Shown here in pieces: positions 10,039 to 23,410 of a DNA stretch of 64,000 nt (within the stretch, counting starts at the first letter, position 1; each line of letters starts with the position of its first letter). Made by a program: the position numbers and the translations under genes. A model generated the notes under the pieces. That model did not search any database. It saw only the letters and a list, made by a program, of their open reading frames with translations, and was not told the DNA's origin. Origin of the DNA: Eledone cirrhosa (lineage: Eukaryota); NCBI GenBank assembly GCA_964016885.1, contig OZ024764.1, positions 20,026,001-20,090,000 on the forward strand. The letters run 5' to 3'.

Positions 10039-12050
10039 TTAATCTAATGCCACTAATAACTACATTTATCAGTCAGTATAATCTAATGTCACTAATAACT
10101 ACTTTTATCAGTCAGTTTAATCTAATGTCACTAATAACTACTTTTATCAGTCAGTTTAATCTACTACCACTAATAACTACTTTTATCAGTCAGTATAATC
10201 TAATGTCACTAATAACTACTTTTATCAGTCAGTTTAATCTACTACCACTAATAACTACTTTTATCAGTCAGTATAATCTAATGTCACTACTAACTACTTT
10301 TATCAGTCAGTTTAATCTAATGTCACTAATAACTACTTTTATCAGTCAGTATAATCTAATGTCACTAATAACTACTTTTATCAGTCAGTTTAATCTAATG
10401 TCACTAATAACTACTTTTATCAGTCAGTATAATCTAATGTCACTAATAACTACTTTTATCAGTCAGTATAATCTAATGTCACTAACAACTACTTTTATCT
10501 GTCAGTATAATCTAATGTCACTAATAACTACTTTTATCTGTCAGTATAATCTAATGTCACTAATAACTACTTTTATCAGTCAGTTTAATCTAATGTCACT
10601 AATAACTACTTTTATCAGTCAGTATAATCTAATGTCACTAATAACTACTTTTATCAGTCAGTATAATCTAATGTCACTAATAACTACTTTTATCAGTCAG
10701 TTTAATCTAATGTCACTAATAACTACTTTTATCAGTCAGTATAATCTAATGTCACTAATAACTACTTTTATCAGTCAGTATAATCTAATGTCACTAACAA
10801 CTACTTTTATCTGTCAGTATAATCTAATGTCACTAATAACTACTTTTATCTGTCAGTATAATCTAATGTCACTAATAACTACTTTTATCAGTCAGTATAA
10901 TCTAATGTCACTAATAACTACTTTTATCAGTCAGTATAATCTAATGTCACTAATAACTACTTTTATCAGTCAGTATAATCTAATGTCACTAATAACTACT
11001 TTTATCAGTCAGTATAATCTAATGTCACTAATAACTACTTTTATCAGTCAGTATAATCTAATGTCACTAATAACTACTTTTATCAGTCAGTATAATCTAA
11101 TGTCACTAATAACTACTTTTATCAGTCAGTATAATCTAATGTCACTAATAACTACTTTTATCAGTCAGTTTAATCTAATGTCACTAATAACTACTTTTAT
11201 CAGTCAGTATAATCTAATGTCACTAATAACTACTTTTATCTGTCAGTATAATCTAATGTCACTAATAACTACTTTTATCAGTCAGTTTAATCTAATGTCA
11301 CTAATAACTACTTTTATCTGTCAGTATAATCTAATGTCACTAATAACTACTTTTATCAGTCAGTATAATCTAATGTCACTAATAACTACTTTTATCAGTC
11401 AGTATAATCTAATGTCACTAATAACTACTTTTATCAGTCAGTATAATCTAATGTCACTAATAACTACTTTTATCAGTCAGTATAATCTAATGTCACTAAT
11501 AACTACTTTTATCAGTCAGTATAATCTAATGTCACTAATAACTACTTTTATCAGTCAGTATAATCTAATGTCACTAATAACTACTTTTATCAGTCAGTTT
11601 AATCTAATGTCACTACTAACTACTTTTATCAGTCAGTTTAATCTAATGTCACTAATAACTACTTTTATCAGTCAGTATAATCTAATGTCACTACTAACTA
11701 CTTTTATCAGTCAGTTTAATCTAATGTCACTACTAACTACTTTTATCAGTCAGTATAATCTAATGTCACTACTAACTACTTTTATCAGTCAGTATAATCT
11801 AATGTCACTAATAACTAATTTTATCAGTCAGTTTAATCTAATGTCACTAATAACTACTTTTATCAGTCAGTTTAATCTAATGTCACTAATAACTACTTTT
11901 ATCAGTCAGTTTAATCTAATGTCACTAATAACTACTTTTATCAGTCAGTTTAATCTAATGTCACTAATAACTACTTTTATCAGTCAGTTTAATCTACTAC
12001 CACTAATAACTACTTTTATCAGTCAGTATAATCTACTGCCACTAATAACT
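10039..12050. repeat. 39-bp minisatellite, about 51 units
   Basis: Unit t(a/t)taatctaatgtcactaataactacttttatcagtcag in head-to-tail copies with no spacers. Confidence 0.98.
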
Positions 12051-12169
12051 AACCTATGTTAGGCAGCACATTCTTCACCAAGGAAGGCCTTAGTATTGAT
12101 TACAGTCCATTTATCAATATAGAAATATTATATGAATTTTGTACTGATGTATTATAAGTTTCTGAGTAT

Positions 12170-12196
12170 CTTATAATGTTCTTTTATTATTTCAGA
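12170..12196 (+). promoter_or_regulatory. Splice acceptor of the ZNF coding exon
   Basis: gttcttttattatttcag|AATACC, conserved with exon starts at 12196, 20098, 39406 and 54162. Confidence 0.65.
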
Positions 12197-12995
12197 ATAC
12201 CAGAGGACATTGGCATTAAAGAGCACGTTACATCAGACATATCCTCAACATTAACCATTTCTAATGAAAGACACTACCCATCATTTTCAAATAATTTTGA
12301 AAACACTCAACACTTTGAAGGGATTTAGTAATATAACTAAAGTTCTCAGTATTAAGCTGCTATTTGGAACATAACTTTGCACAATTTCATGAAGTTAGAA
12401 TGGAAAGTTTTTAGATAAATATAAAGACTGATATGAAAAGGATAAAACACTTTTATATCAGTTGTTTCATCAACACCATTATTTAAAGACGAAAGGAAGC
12501 TGTTATACAGAACAGATACAACCTTGTTCATATAAATCTATGGGAGAAATACTGGAAAATATTTCTTGTAAACTCAATAACACTTCTATTCTTTGCTGTC
12601 TGGAATATGTAGAAGATACAAAATAAGGCTGAAGAAATTCACAAATGATTTTGTAAGATCTTCATATATTGACAAAGTTGATAGTTGATGGAACTACAGG
12701 AGTAGAAATATTTCTATTATTACAGGAATAACTAATCAAATAAAAACCAGAAAAATTAGATTCTTCACTGTCTGGAATATGTACAAGATGATTTTATATG
12801 TATATTAAACTTGAAGAGATCTACAAAACAGTTTGTATCATCTTTAAATATAAAGAAAGACCAAAGTTGATAGAAATATATCTGGAGGAATATATTTTAG
12901 GAATAATATTATAAACATAAAGAAGAAAAATATCCATATATTAAGAGGAGAAAAATATTAAAACTGTGAATTATGTGAGAAACTGAGGTCATTGA

Positions 12996-13907
<912 letters not shown>

Positions 13908-14244
13908 TTCAGTCTGAGTAATAACCTAACTCTCCACAAACGAGGTAACTTAACCAAGCATGTGCGTATTCATACAGAAGTTTAGCTGTGTCAATATCAA
14001 ACTCATTACATCATACTACAACAATTGTGTAGATCCATCATCCTTGCTAAAACTGGGGTCAACCTTGTAGGTTTTACCTAGGACAGGGATCATAAAAACA
14101 GGTTTCCATTTTTGAAGCAGTGTTTGAAGATTTTGTGTAAATTAAAGTTTTTCACATTAAACTTTGATTTATTATACTTTAACAGGTAAGATATATATTT
14201 GTATTTTTAGTAAAGGTTGGGAACTTCTGTAATTTAAACCTGCC

Positions 14245-14250
14245 AATAAA
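14245..14250 (+). terminator. Candidate polyadenylation signal
   Basis: AATAAA followed by a GT/T-rich tract, conserved at 22147, 40739 and 56281. Confidence 0.5.
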
Positions 14251-14399
14251 ATGAAAACTTTTGTTGTTGCTAGTCAGACATTGGTATTAATTCTATTGTT
14301 CTGTACATTGTCTCAAATATCACAAATTAAACAGATTTTAACAATATCAACAGAAATCAATAACTTGTAAGCCTAATATCTAGCTTCCATTTTAACTAT

Positions 14400-15320
14400 T
14401 TGATATTGTTGTTCCCCTCTTGCCTCTTCAGGTCTTTTAGATTTCAACTTCTATCTACTGTACTATTCCATCACCAAGTCAACATTCATCTGGCTGGCAG
14501 CTTACATCAACTACAGATCTCATCAGTGGTTCACAACAGACTGTCTGAAAGAAACTTCCAGATATCTTCTATGTCAGAACTATCAATATCCTCCTCCTTA
14601 TCATATGTACCTCTCTCACAGTCCCTCTAGATCTTATATTTAAGAGGGAGATCTTTTACTGTCCCTTCTCTTTTCTCTAGATAGTTTTGTACCACTCTCA
14701 CAGTCCCTATAGATCTTATATTTAACAGGGAGATTCTTTACTGTCTCTACCCTTTTCTCTAGGTTGTCTTATACCTCTCTCACAGTCCCTATATATATCT
14801 TATATTTAACAGGGAGATCTTTTACTATCCCTACCCTTTTCTCTAGATTGTCTTGTATCTCTTTCACAGTCCCTCTAGATCTTATATTTAACAGGGAGAT
14901 CTTTTACTAGCCCTACCCTTTTCTCTAGGTTTTCTTGTACCTCTCTCACAGTCCCTCTAGATCTTATATTTAACAGGGAGATCTTTTCCTCTCCAACCCT
15001 TTTCTCTAGGTCGTCTTGTACCTCCCTCACAATCCCTCTAGATCTTATGTTTAATAGGGAGATCTTTTACTCTCCAACCCTTCTATCTCCAGATAGTCTT
15101 GTATCTGTCAGTCCCTCTAGATCTTACACCTAGTATCTAGTCTATGTTGAGTGGTACGTCCTTCTCCAGTAAAGGAGTTAATATTCCCAACCATCTGTCT
15201 ATCCTGTTTTCTGATGAGAATGAAGTCAATCTAGTTTCTCTTCACCTGATTGAAGTAACTAGATCAAGTAACTAGATGGTTTCCTGTAAGTTAGTGTTGC
15301 AGTGTTTGTGTCACCATGTA
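14400..15320 (-). mobile_element. Very old RTE fragment hosting the 82-bp repeat
   Basis: ctatctactgtactattccatcacca resembles RTE WWNSTVD. gaagtcaatc...ttcacctgatt resembles the endonuclease QSGE..IDF segment. Confidence 0.7.
14605..15128. repeat. ~82-bp minisatellite, about 6.5 units
   Basis: gtccctctagatcttatatttaacagggagatctttta... recurs at 14621, 14703, 14785, 14869, 14951, 15032 and 15111. A duplicate lies at 22507-23030, with ~3 units at ~41120-41370 and ~56660-56910. Confidence 0.9.
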
Positions 15321-15508
15321 AGGTTTATATCTATTAATATAGAGATGTAGTAAAGTTTTCACTGTTGTATCTCTACTTTCTAAATATCTTAATAATGTTT
15401 CTCTACTATTTCAGAATATCACATGACCTTGACAGAAAAGAGTATTTTAAAGACAACAAAAAGATGTTACATTCAAGTGATATAAACTCGTTTAGTCTGT
15501 GGTGAATT

Positions 15509-17170
15509 CATCATCATCATTTTACGTCCGCTTTTCCCTGCTTGCAAGGGTGGGACGTGTCTCATTCAGCACAGCATCTCTCCACATGTCACGGTCCCTC
15601 GTCATCTCCACCGTGAGCTTCAATGATCTGAGGTCTGTTCTCACCACCTCCGCCCATGTTTTTCGTGGTCTACCTCTACCACGTCTTCCTTCAATTGGCA
15701 CTTCTTCACCCATCGGTCATCCTCCATGCGCATCACATGTCCATACCACCTCAGTCTCCTCTCCCGTACACTACATTCTATCCCTCTCAGACACAGTTTC
15801 TCTCTCAACACATTTATGCTGGGTCGTTCACGCACATTTACACTGCACATCCAACGGAGCATGCTTGCCTCATTTCTCTCCAGCCGTCGCATATCCTCTG
15901 CGGTTGCTGCCCATGTCTCACTACCATGCAGCATCGCGCTCCTCACACAGGCATCATACAACCGGCCTTTTCGTACGCAGGGAGAAACCCTTCTTCGTCA
16001 ACAGAGGAAGCAGCTCCCTAAACTTCTTCCAACCCGTCCTTATTCTAGATACTATGGCCTCGGAACACCCTCCTCCCATGCTAATCTGATCTCCTAGGTA
16101 CCGGAAGCTATCCACCACTTCTATAGCGCCCTCTCGCATTTGAAAAATGTGTCTATCAGTGCGACTTCTACTGTCTAATTTCCCTGTACATCTACTGCAT
16201 ACATATTTCTCCCTACCTGTTAGTTTGCCTGCTATCCCGCTACATCTCTTGTGTACCCAGGACCTGCATTGTGTGCATTTTATAGAATTTATGCCAGTTC
16301 CTTTTCTGCATATCGAACATGGCCATTTCCCTGACGGAATCAGGGTTTTGTCCTCTTTTCTACTCATCAACACTTTTGTCTTAGCTAGATTTACTCTCAG
16401 TCCTCTTGCTTCCAACTGCTGTTTCCATAGCCGGAATTTATTCTTTAGCTCCTCTACTGATTCTGCCATAAGAGCCAGATCGTCAGCATAGAGAAGTTCC
16501 CATGGACAGCCAGTCTTAAACTCCTCTGTTATGGCTTGGAGGACTATAATGAACAAGAGCGGGCTGAGGACCGGACCCTGATGTACTCCTACTTGTATCT
16601 GGAATTCCTCACTAAACTCCATTCCTACCCTGACTTTACTGAGAGTACCTCTGTACAAAGTTTGCACTGTCCTCACAAGCCATTCCTCAACACCCAGCTT
16701 CCTTAGGGACCACCAGATGACAGATCGGGGTACCCTATCAAAGGCCTTCTCTAGGTCAACAAAGGCTAAGTATAGTGGCTTATTCTTCTCTAAGAACCTC
16801 TCTTGCATTTGTCTCACCAAGAAGAGGGCATCTGTTGTACTCTTCCCAGGCACAAAACCAAACTGCATCTCATCTAGTTTGACCCTTTCTCTTTCTGCCA
16901 CTTTCATAACCTGATCTATCAGTTTTATACCCCTATAATTGCTCCTCTCCAAAACATCCCCTTTACCTGTGTAGCAATTTATGAGAATACTGCTGCACCA
17001 GTCTTTGGGTATGACACCACCATATATAGCCTGATTGATGATGCGTGCAACCAGTTTAGTGCCTACGTCCCCTGATGCCTTCAGCATCTCAGCAACTATT
17101 CCCGATGGTCCGGCCGCCTTACCATTTTTCATTTCCCTAATTGCCTCTTGGACCCTATATTCGTCAATCT
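15509..17170 (-). mobile_element. RTE LINE 3' half (copy produced by the 7.9-kb duplication)
   Basis: Matches 23411-25072 and is cut at the duplication junction. The ORF at 15954-17234 is a junction chimera. Confidence 0.93.
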
Positions 17171-17732
17171 GTCTCAGGTGTTCACCTGATTGGTAGGTTA
17201 TTAGGTGGTTGGTAGGTTTCTTGAAGTGTTGCAAATGGTTAGTTCACTTGCATCACAAACTACAAGAAGCCTCACTCCTTCTTCATTTCTTGAGCCATAA
17301 CCATGACCACCATGTACCCCAGTATATCCATCCTGGAACTGTCCAACATGACCTTTCAAGTCCCCTGCTATTATAACTAGGTCTCTGTCATTGTGGTTAT
17401 CTCTACTTATTCCTTTTCTACATATGGAGCAGGGCCACTTTCCTGAAGGAGTCAGGGTCTTCTCTCCTATCCATTAGCACTTTAGTTTTGGCTAAGTATA
17501 TTCTCAGAACTTACCATTTCAAATTCTATATCTATAGTTGGTCATCTACATAGAGAAGTTTCCATAGACAGCCAGTCTTAAACCTCTCTGTTATGGCTTG
17601 GAGAACTATGATGAACAACAGTGGGCTAAGAACTAAACCATGATGAACTCCTACCTGTACCTTCAATTCCTCACTAAACACACTTTACTAACAGCTTCTC
17701 ACAAGCCATTCTTCTACACCTAATTTCTTTAA

Positions 17733-17940
17733 CCCTTTAGTATATAAACTGGCCATATCTGGCCAGAATTCTCCCACATCTTTCTGTTCAAACTGGCCGT
17801 AACTAGTCACTTATACTTATGTTACGGTATTGTTCTCAAATTAAGTAACATGAAAATCTCATAGATTTGATATTATGAGAGATAAAGCATTTACTGTGAA
17901 AATATAATAGTAAATATAGAGTAATGTGAATACTAAAGGG
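17733..17940. mobile_element. piggyBac-like MITE (duplicate)
   Basis: Same TIRs and TTAA flanks as 9831-10038. Confidence 0.85.
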
Positions 17941-19952
17941 TTAATCTAATGCCACTAATAACTACATTTATCAGTCAGTATAATCTAATGTCACTAATAA
18001 CTACTTTTATCAGTCAGTTTAATCTAATGTCACTAATAACTACTTTTATCAGTCAGTTTAATCTACTACCACTAATAACTACTTTTATCAGTCAGTATAA
18101 TCTAATGTCACTAATAACTACTTTTATCAGTCAGTTTAATCTACTACCACTAATAACTACTTTTATCAGTCAGTATAATCTAATGTCACTACTAACTACT
18201 TTTATCAGTCAGTTTAATCTAATGTCACTAATAACTACTTTTATCAGTCAGTATAATCTAATGTCACTAATAACTACTTTTATCAGTCAGTTTAATCTAA
18301 TGTCACTAATAACTACTTTTATCAGTCAGTATAATCTAATGTCACTAATAACTACTTTTATCAGTCAGTATAATCTAATGTCACTAACAACTACTTTTAT
18401 CTGTCAGTATAATCTAATGTCACTAATAACTACTTTTATCTGTCAGTATAATCTAATGTCACTAATAACTACTTTTATCAGTCAGTTTAATCTAATGTCA
18501 CTAATAACTACTTTTATCAGTCAGTATAATCTAATGTCACTAATAACTACTTTTATCAGTCAGTATAATCTAATGTCACTAATAACTACTTTTATCAGTC
18601 AGTTTAATCTAATGTCACTAATAACTACTTTTATCAGTCAGTATAATCTAATGTCACTAATAACTACTTTTATCAGTCAGTATAATCTAATGTCACTAAC
18701 AACTACTTTTATCTGTCAGTATAATCTAATGTCACTAATAACTACTTTTATCTGTCAGTATAATCTAATGTCACTAATAACTACTTTTATCAGTCAGTAT
18801 AATCTAATGTCACTAATAACTACTTTTATCAGTCAGTATAATCTAATGTCACTAATAACTACTTTTATCAGTCAGTATAATCTAATGTCACTAATAACTA
18901 CTTTTATCAGTCAGTATAATCTAATGTCACTAATAACTACTTTTATCAGTCAGTATAATCTAATGTCACTAATAACTACTTTTATCAGTCAGTATAATCT
19001 AATGTCACTAATAACTACTTTTATCAGTCAGTATAATCTAATGTCACTAATAACTACTTTTATCAGTCAGTTTAATCTAATGTCACTAATAACTACTTTT
19101 ATCAGTCAGTATAATCTAATGTCACTAATAACTACTTTTATCTGTCAGTATAATCTAATGTCACTAATAACTACTTTTATCAGTCAGTTTAATCTAATGT
19201 CACTAATAACTACTTTTATCTGTCAGTATAATCTAATGTCACTAATAACTACTTTTATCAGTCAGTATAATCTAATGTCACTAATAACTACTTTTATCAG
19301 TCAGTATAATCTAATGTCACTAATAACTACTTTTATCAGTCAGTATAATCTAATGTCACTAATAACTACTTTTATCAGTCAGTATAATCTAATGTCACTA
19401 ATAACTACTTTTATCAGTCAGTATAATCTAATGTCACTAATAACTACTTTTATCAGTCAGTATAATCTAATGTCACTAATAACTACTTTTATCAGTCAGT
19501 TTAATCTAATGTCACTACTAACTACTTTTATCAGTCAGTTTAATCTAATGTCACTAATAACTACTTTTATCAGTCAGTATAATCTAATGTCACTACTAAC
19601 TACTTTTATCAGTCAGTTTAATCTAATGTCACTACTAACTACTTTTATCAGTCAGTATAATCTAATGTCACTACTAACTACTTTTATCAGTCAGTATAAT
19701 CTAATGTCACTAATAACTAATTTTATCAGTCAGTTTAATCTAATGTCACTAATAACTACTTTTATCAGTCAGTTTAATCTAATGTCACTAATAACTACTT
19801 TTATCAGTCAGTTTAATCTAATGTCACTAATAACTACTTTTATCAGTCAGTTTAATCTAATGTCACTAATAACTACTTTTATCAGTCAGTTTAATCTACT
19901 ACCACTAATAACTACTTTTATCAGTCAGTATAATCTACTGCCACTAATAACT
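17941..19952. repeat. 39-bp minisatellite, about 51 units (duplicate)
   Basis: Same variant order as 10039-12050 (identical 671-aa translation). Confidence 0.98.
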
Positions 19953-20897
19953 AACCTATGTTAGGCAGCACATTCTTCACCAAGGAAGGCCTTAGTATTG
20001 ATTACAGTCCATTTATCAATATAGAAATATTATATGAATTTTGTACTGATGTATTATAAGTTTCTGAGTATCTTATAATGTTCTTTTATTATTTCAGAAT
20101 ACCAGAGGACATTGGCATTAAAGAGCACGTTACATCAGACATATCCTCAACATTAACCATTTCTAATGAAAGACACTACCCATCATTTTCAAATAATTTT
20201 GAAAACACTCAACACTTTGAAGGGATTTAGTAATATAACTAAAGTTCTCAGTATTAAGCTGCTATTTGGAACATAACTTTGCACAATTTCATGAAGTTAG
20301 AATGGAAAGTTTTTAGATAAATATAAAGACTGATATGAAAAGGATAAAACACTTTTATATCAGTTGTTTCATCAACACCATTATTTAAAGACGAAAGGAA
20401 GCTGTTATACAGAACAGATACAACCTTGTTCATATAAATCTATGGGAGAAATACTGGAAAATATTTCTTGTAAACTCAATAACACTTCTATTCTTTGCTG
20501 TCTGGAATATGTAGAAGATACAAAATAAGGCTGAAGAAATTCACAAATGATTTTGTAAGATCTTCATATATTGACAAAGTTGATAGTTGATGGAACTACA
20601 GGAGTAGAAATATTTCTATTATTACAGGAATAACTAATCAAATAAAAACCAGAAAAATTAGATTCTTCACTGTCTGGAATATGTACAAGATGATTTTATA
20701 TGTATATTAAACTTGAAGAGATCTACAAAACAGTTTGTATCATCTTTAAATATAAAGAAAGACCAAAGTTGATAGAAATATATCTGGAGGAATATATTTT
20801 AGGAATAATATTATAAACATAAAGAAGAAAAATATCCATATATTAAGAGGAGAAAAATATTAAAACTGTGAATTATGTGAGAAACTGAGGTCATTGA

Positions 20898-21809
<912 letters not shown>

Positions 21810-23410
21810 TTCAGTCTGAGTAATAACCTAACTCTCCACAAACGAGGTAACTTAACCAAGCATGTGCGTATTCATACAGAAGTTTAGCTGTGTCAATATC
21901 AAACTCATTACATCATACTACAACAATTGTGTAGATCCATCATCCTTGCTAAAACTGGGGTCAACCTTGTAGGTTTTACCTAGGACAGGGATCATAAAAA
22001 CAGGTTTCCATTTTTGAAGCAGTGTTTGAAGATTTTGTGTAAATTAAAGTTTTTCACATTAAACTTTGATTTATTATACTTTAACAGGTAAGATATATAT
22101 TTGTATTTTTAGTAAAGGTTGGGAACTTCTGTAATTTAAACCTGCCAATAAAATGAAAACTTTTGTTGTTGCTAGTCAGACATTGGTATTAATTCTATTG
22201 TTCTGTACATTGTCTCAAATATCACAAATTAAACAGATTTTAACAATATCAACAGAAATCAATAACTTGTAAGCCTAATATCTAGCTTCCATTTTAACTA
22301 TTTGATATTGTTGTTCCCCTCTTGCCTCTTCAGGTCTTTTAGATTTCAACTTCTATCTACTGTACTATTCCATCACCAAGTCAACATTCATCTGGCTGGC
22401 AGCTTACATCAACTACAGATCTCATCAGTGGTTCACAACAGACTGTCTGAAAGAAACTTCCAGATATCTTCTATGTCAGAACTATCAATATCCTCCTCCT
22501 TATCATATGTACCTCTCTCACAGTCCCTCTAGATCTTATATTTAAGAGGGAGATCTTTTACTGTCCCTTCTCTTTTCTCTAGATAGTTTTGTACCACTCT
22601 CACAGTCCCTATAGATCTTATATTTAACAGGGAGATTCTTTACTGTCTCTACCCTTTTCTCTAGGTTGTCTTATACCTCTCTCACAGTCCCTATATATAT
22701 CTTATATTTAACAGGGAGATCTTTTACTATCCCTACCCTTTTCTCTAGATTGTCTTGTATCTCTTTCACAGTCCCTCTAGATCTTATATTTAACAGGGAG
22801 ATCTTTTACTAGCCCTACCCTTTTCTCTAGGTTTTCTTGTACCTCTCTCACAGTCCCTCTAGATCTTATATTTAACAGGGAGATCTTTTCCTCTCCAACC
22901 CTTTTCTCTAGGTCGTCTTGTACCTCCCTCACAATCCCTCTAGATCTTATGTTTAATAGGGAGATCTTTTACTCTCCAACCCTTCTATCTCCAGATAGTC
23001 TTGTATCTGTCAGTCCCTCTAGATCTTACACCTAGTATCTAGTCTATGTTGAGTGGTACGTCCTTCTCCAGTAAAGGAGTTAATATTCCCAACCATCTGT
23101 CTATCCTGTTTTCTGATGAGAATGAAGTCAATCTAGTTTCTCTTCACCTGATTGAAGTAACTAGATCAAGTAACTAGATGGTTTCCTGTAAGTTAGTGTT
23201 GCAGTGTTTGTGTCACCATGTAAGGTTTATATCTATTAATATAGAGATGTAGTAAAGTTTTCACTGTTGTATCTCTACTTTCTAAATATCTTAATAATGT
23301 TTCTCTACTATTTCAGAATATCACATGACCTTGACAGAAAAGAGTATTTTAAAGACAACAAAAAGATGTTACATTCAAGTGATATAAACTCGTTTAGTCT
23401 GTGGTGAATT

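Noticed and set aside
10047-12062. 671-aa repetitive ORF (MSLITTFISQYNL)n, also at 17949, 38154 and 53768
   Set aside because: It is a by-product of a 39-bp (13-codon) minisatellite that lacks a stop in one frame. It lies just upstream of a splice acceptor, derives from antisense RTE sequence and varies about 8-fold in length between paralogs. Translation is not excluded but has no support.
15499-16914. Plus-strand ORFs overlapping the RTE
   Set aside because: These are antisense shadows of the RT coding sequence with no recognisable motifs.
15954-17234. Novel 426-aa RT protein with a distinct N-terminus
   Set aside because: It is a chimera created by the duplication junction at 17163-17170, fusing an old endonuclease fragment to the RT, and it is frameshifted at its C-terminus.
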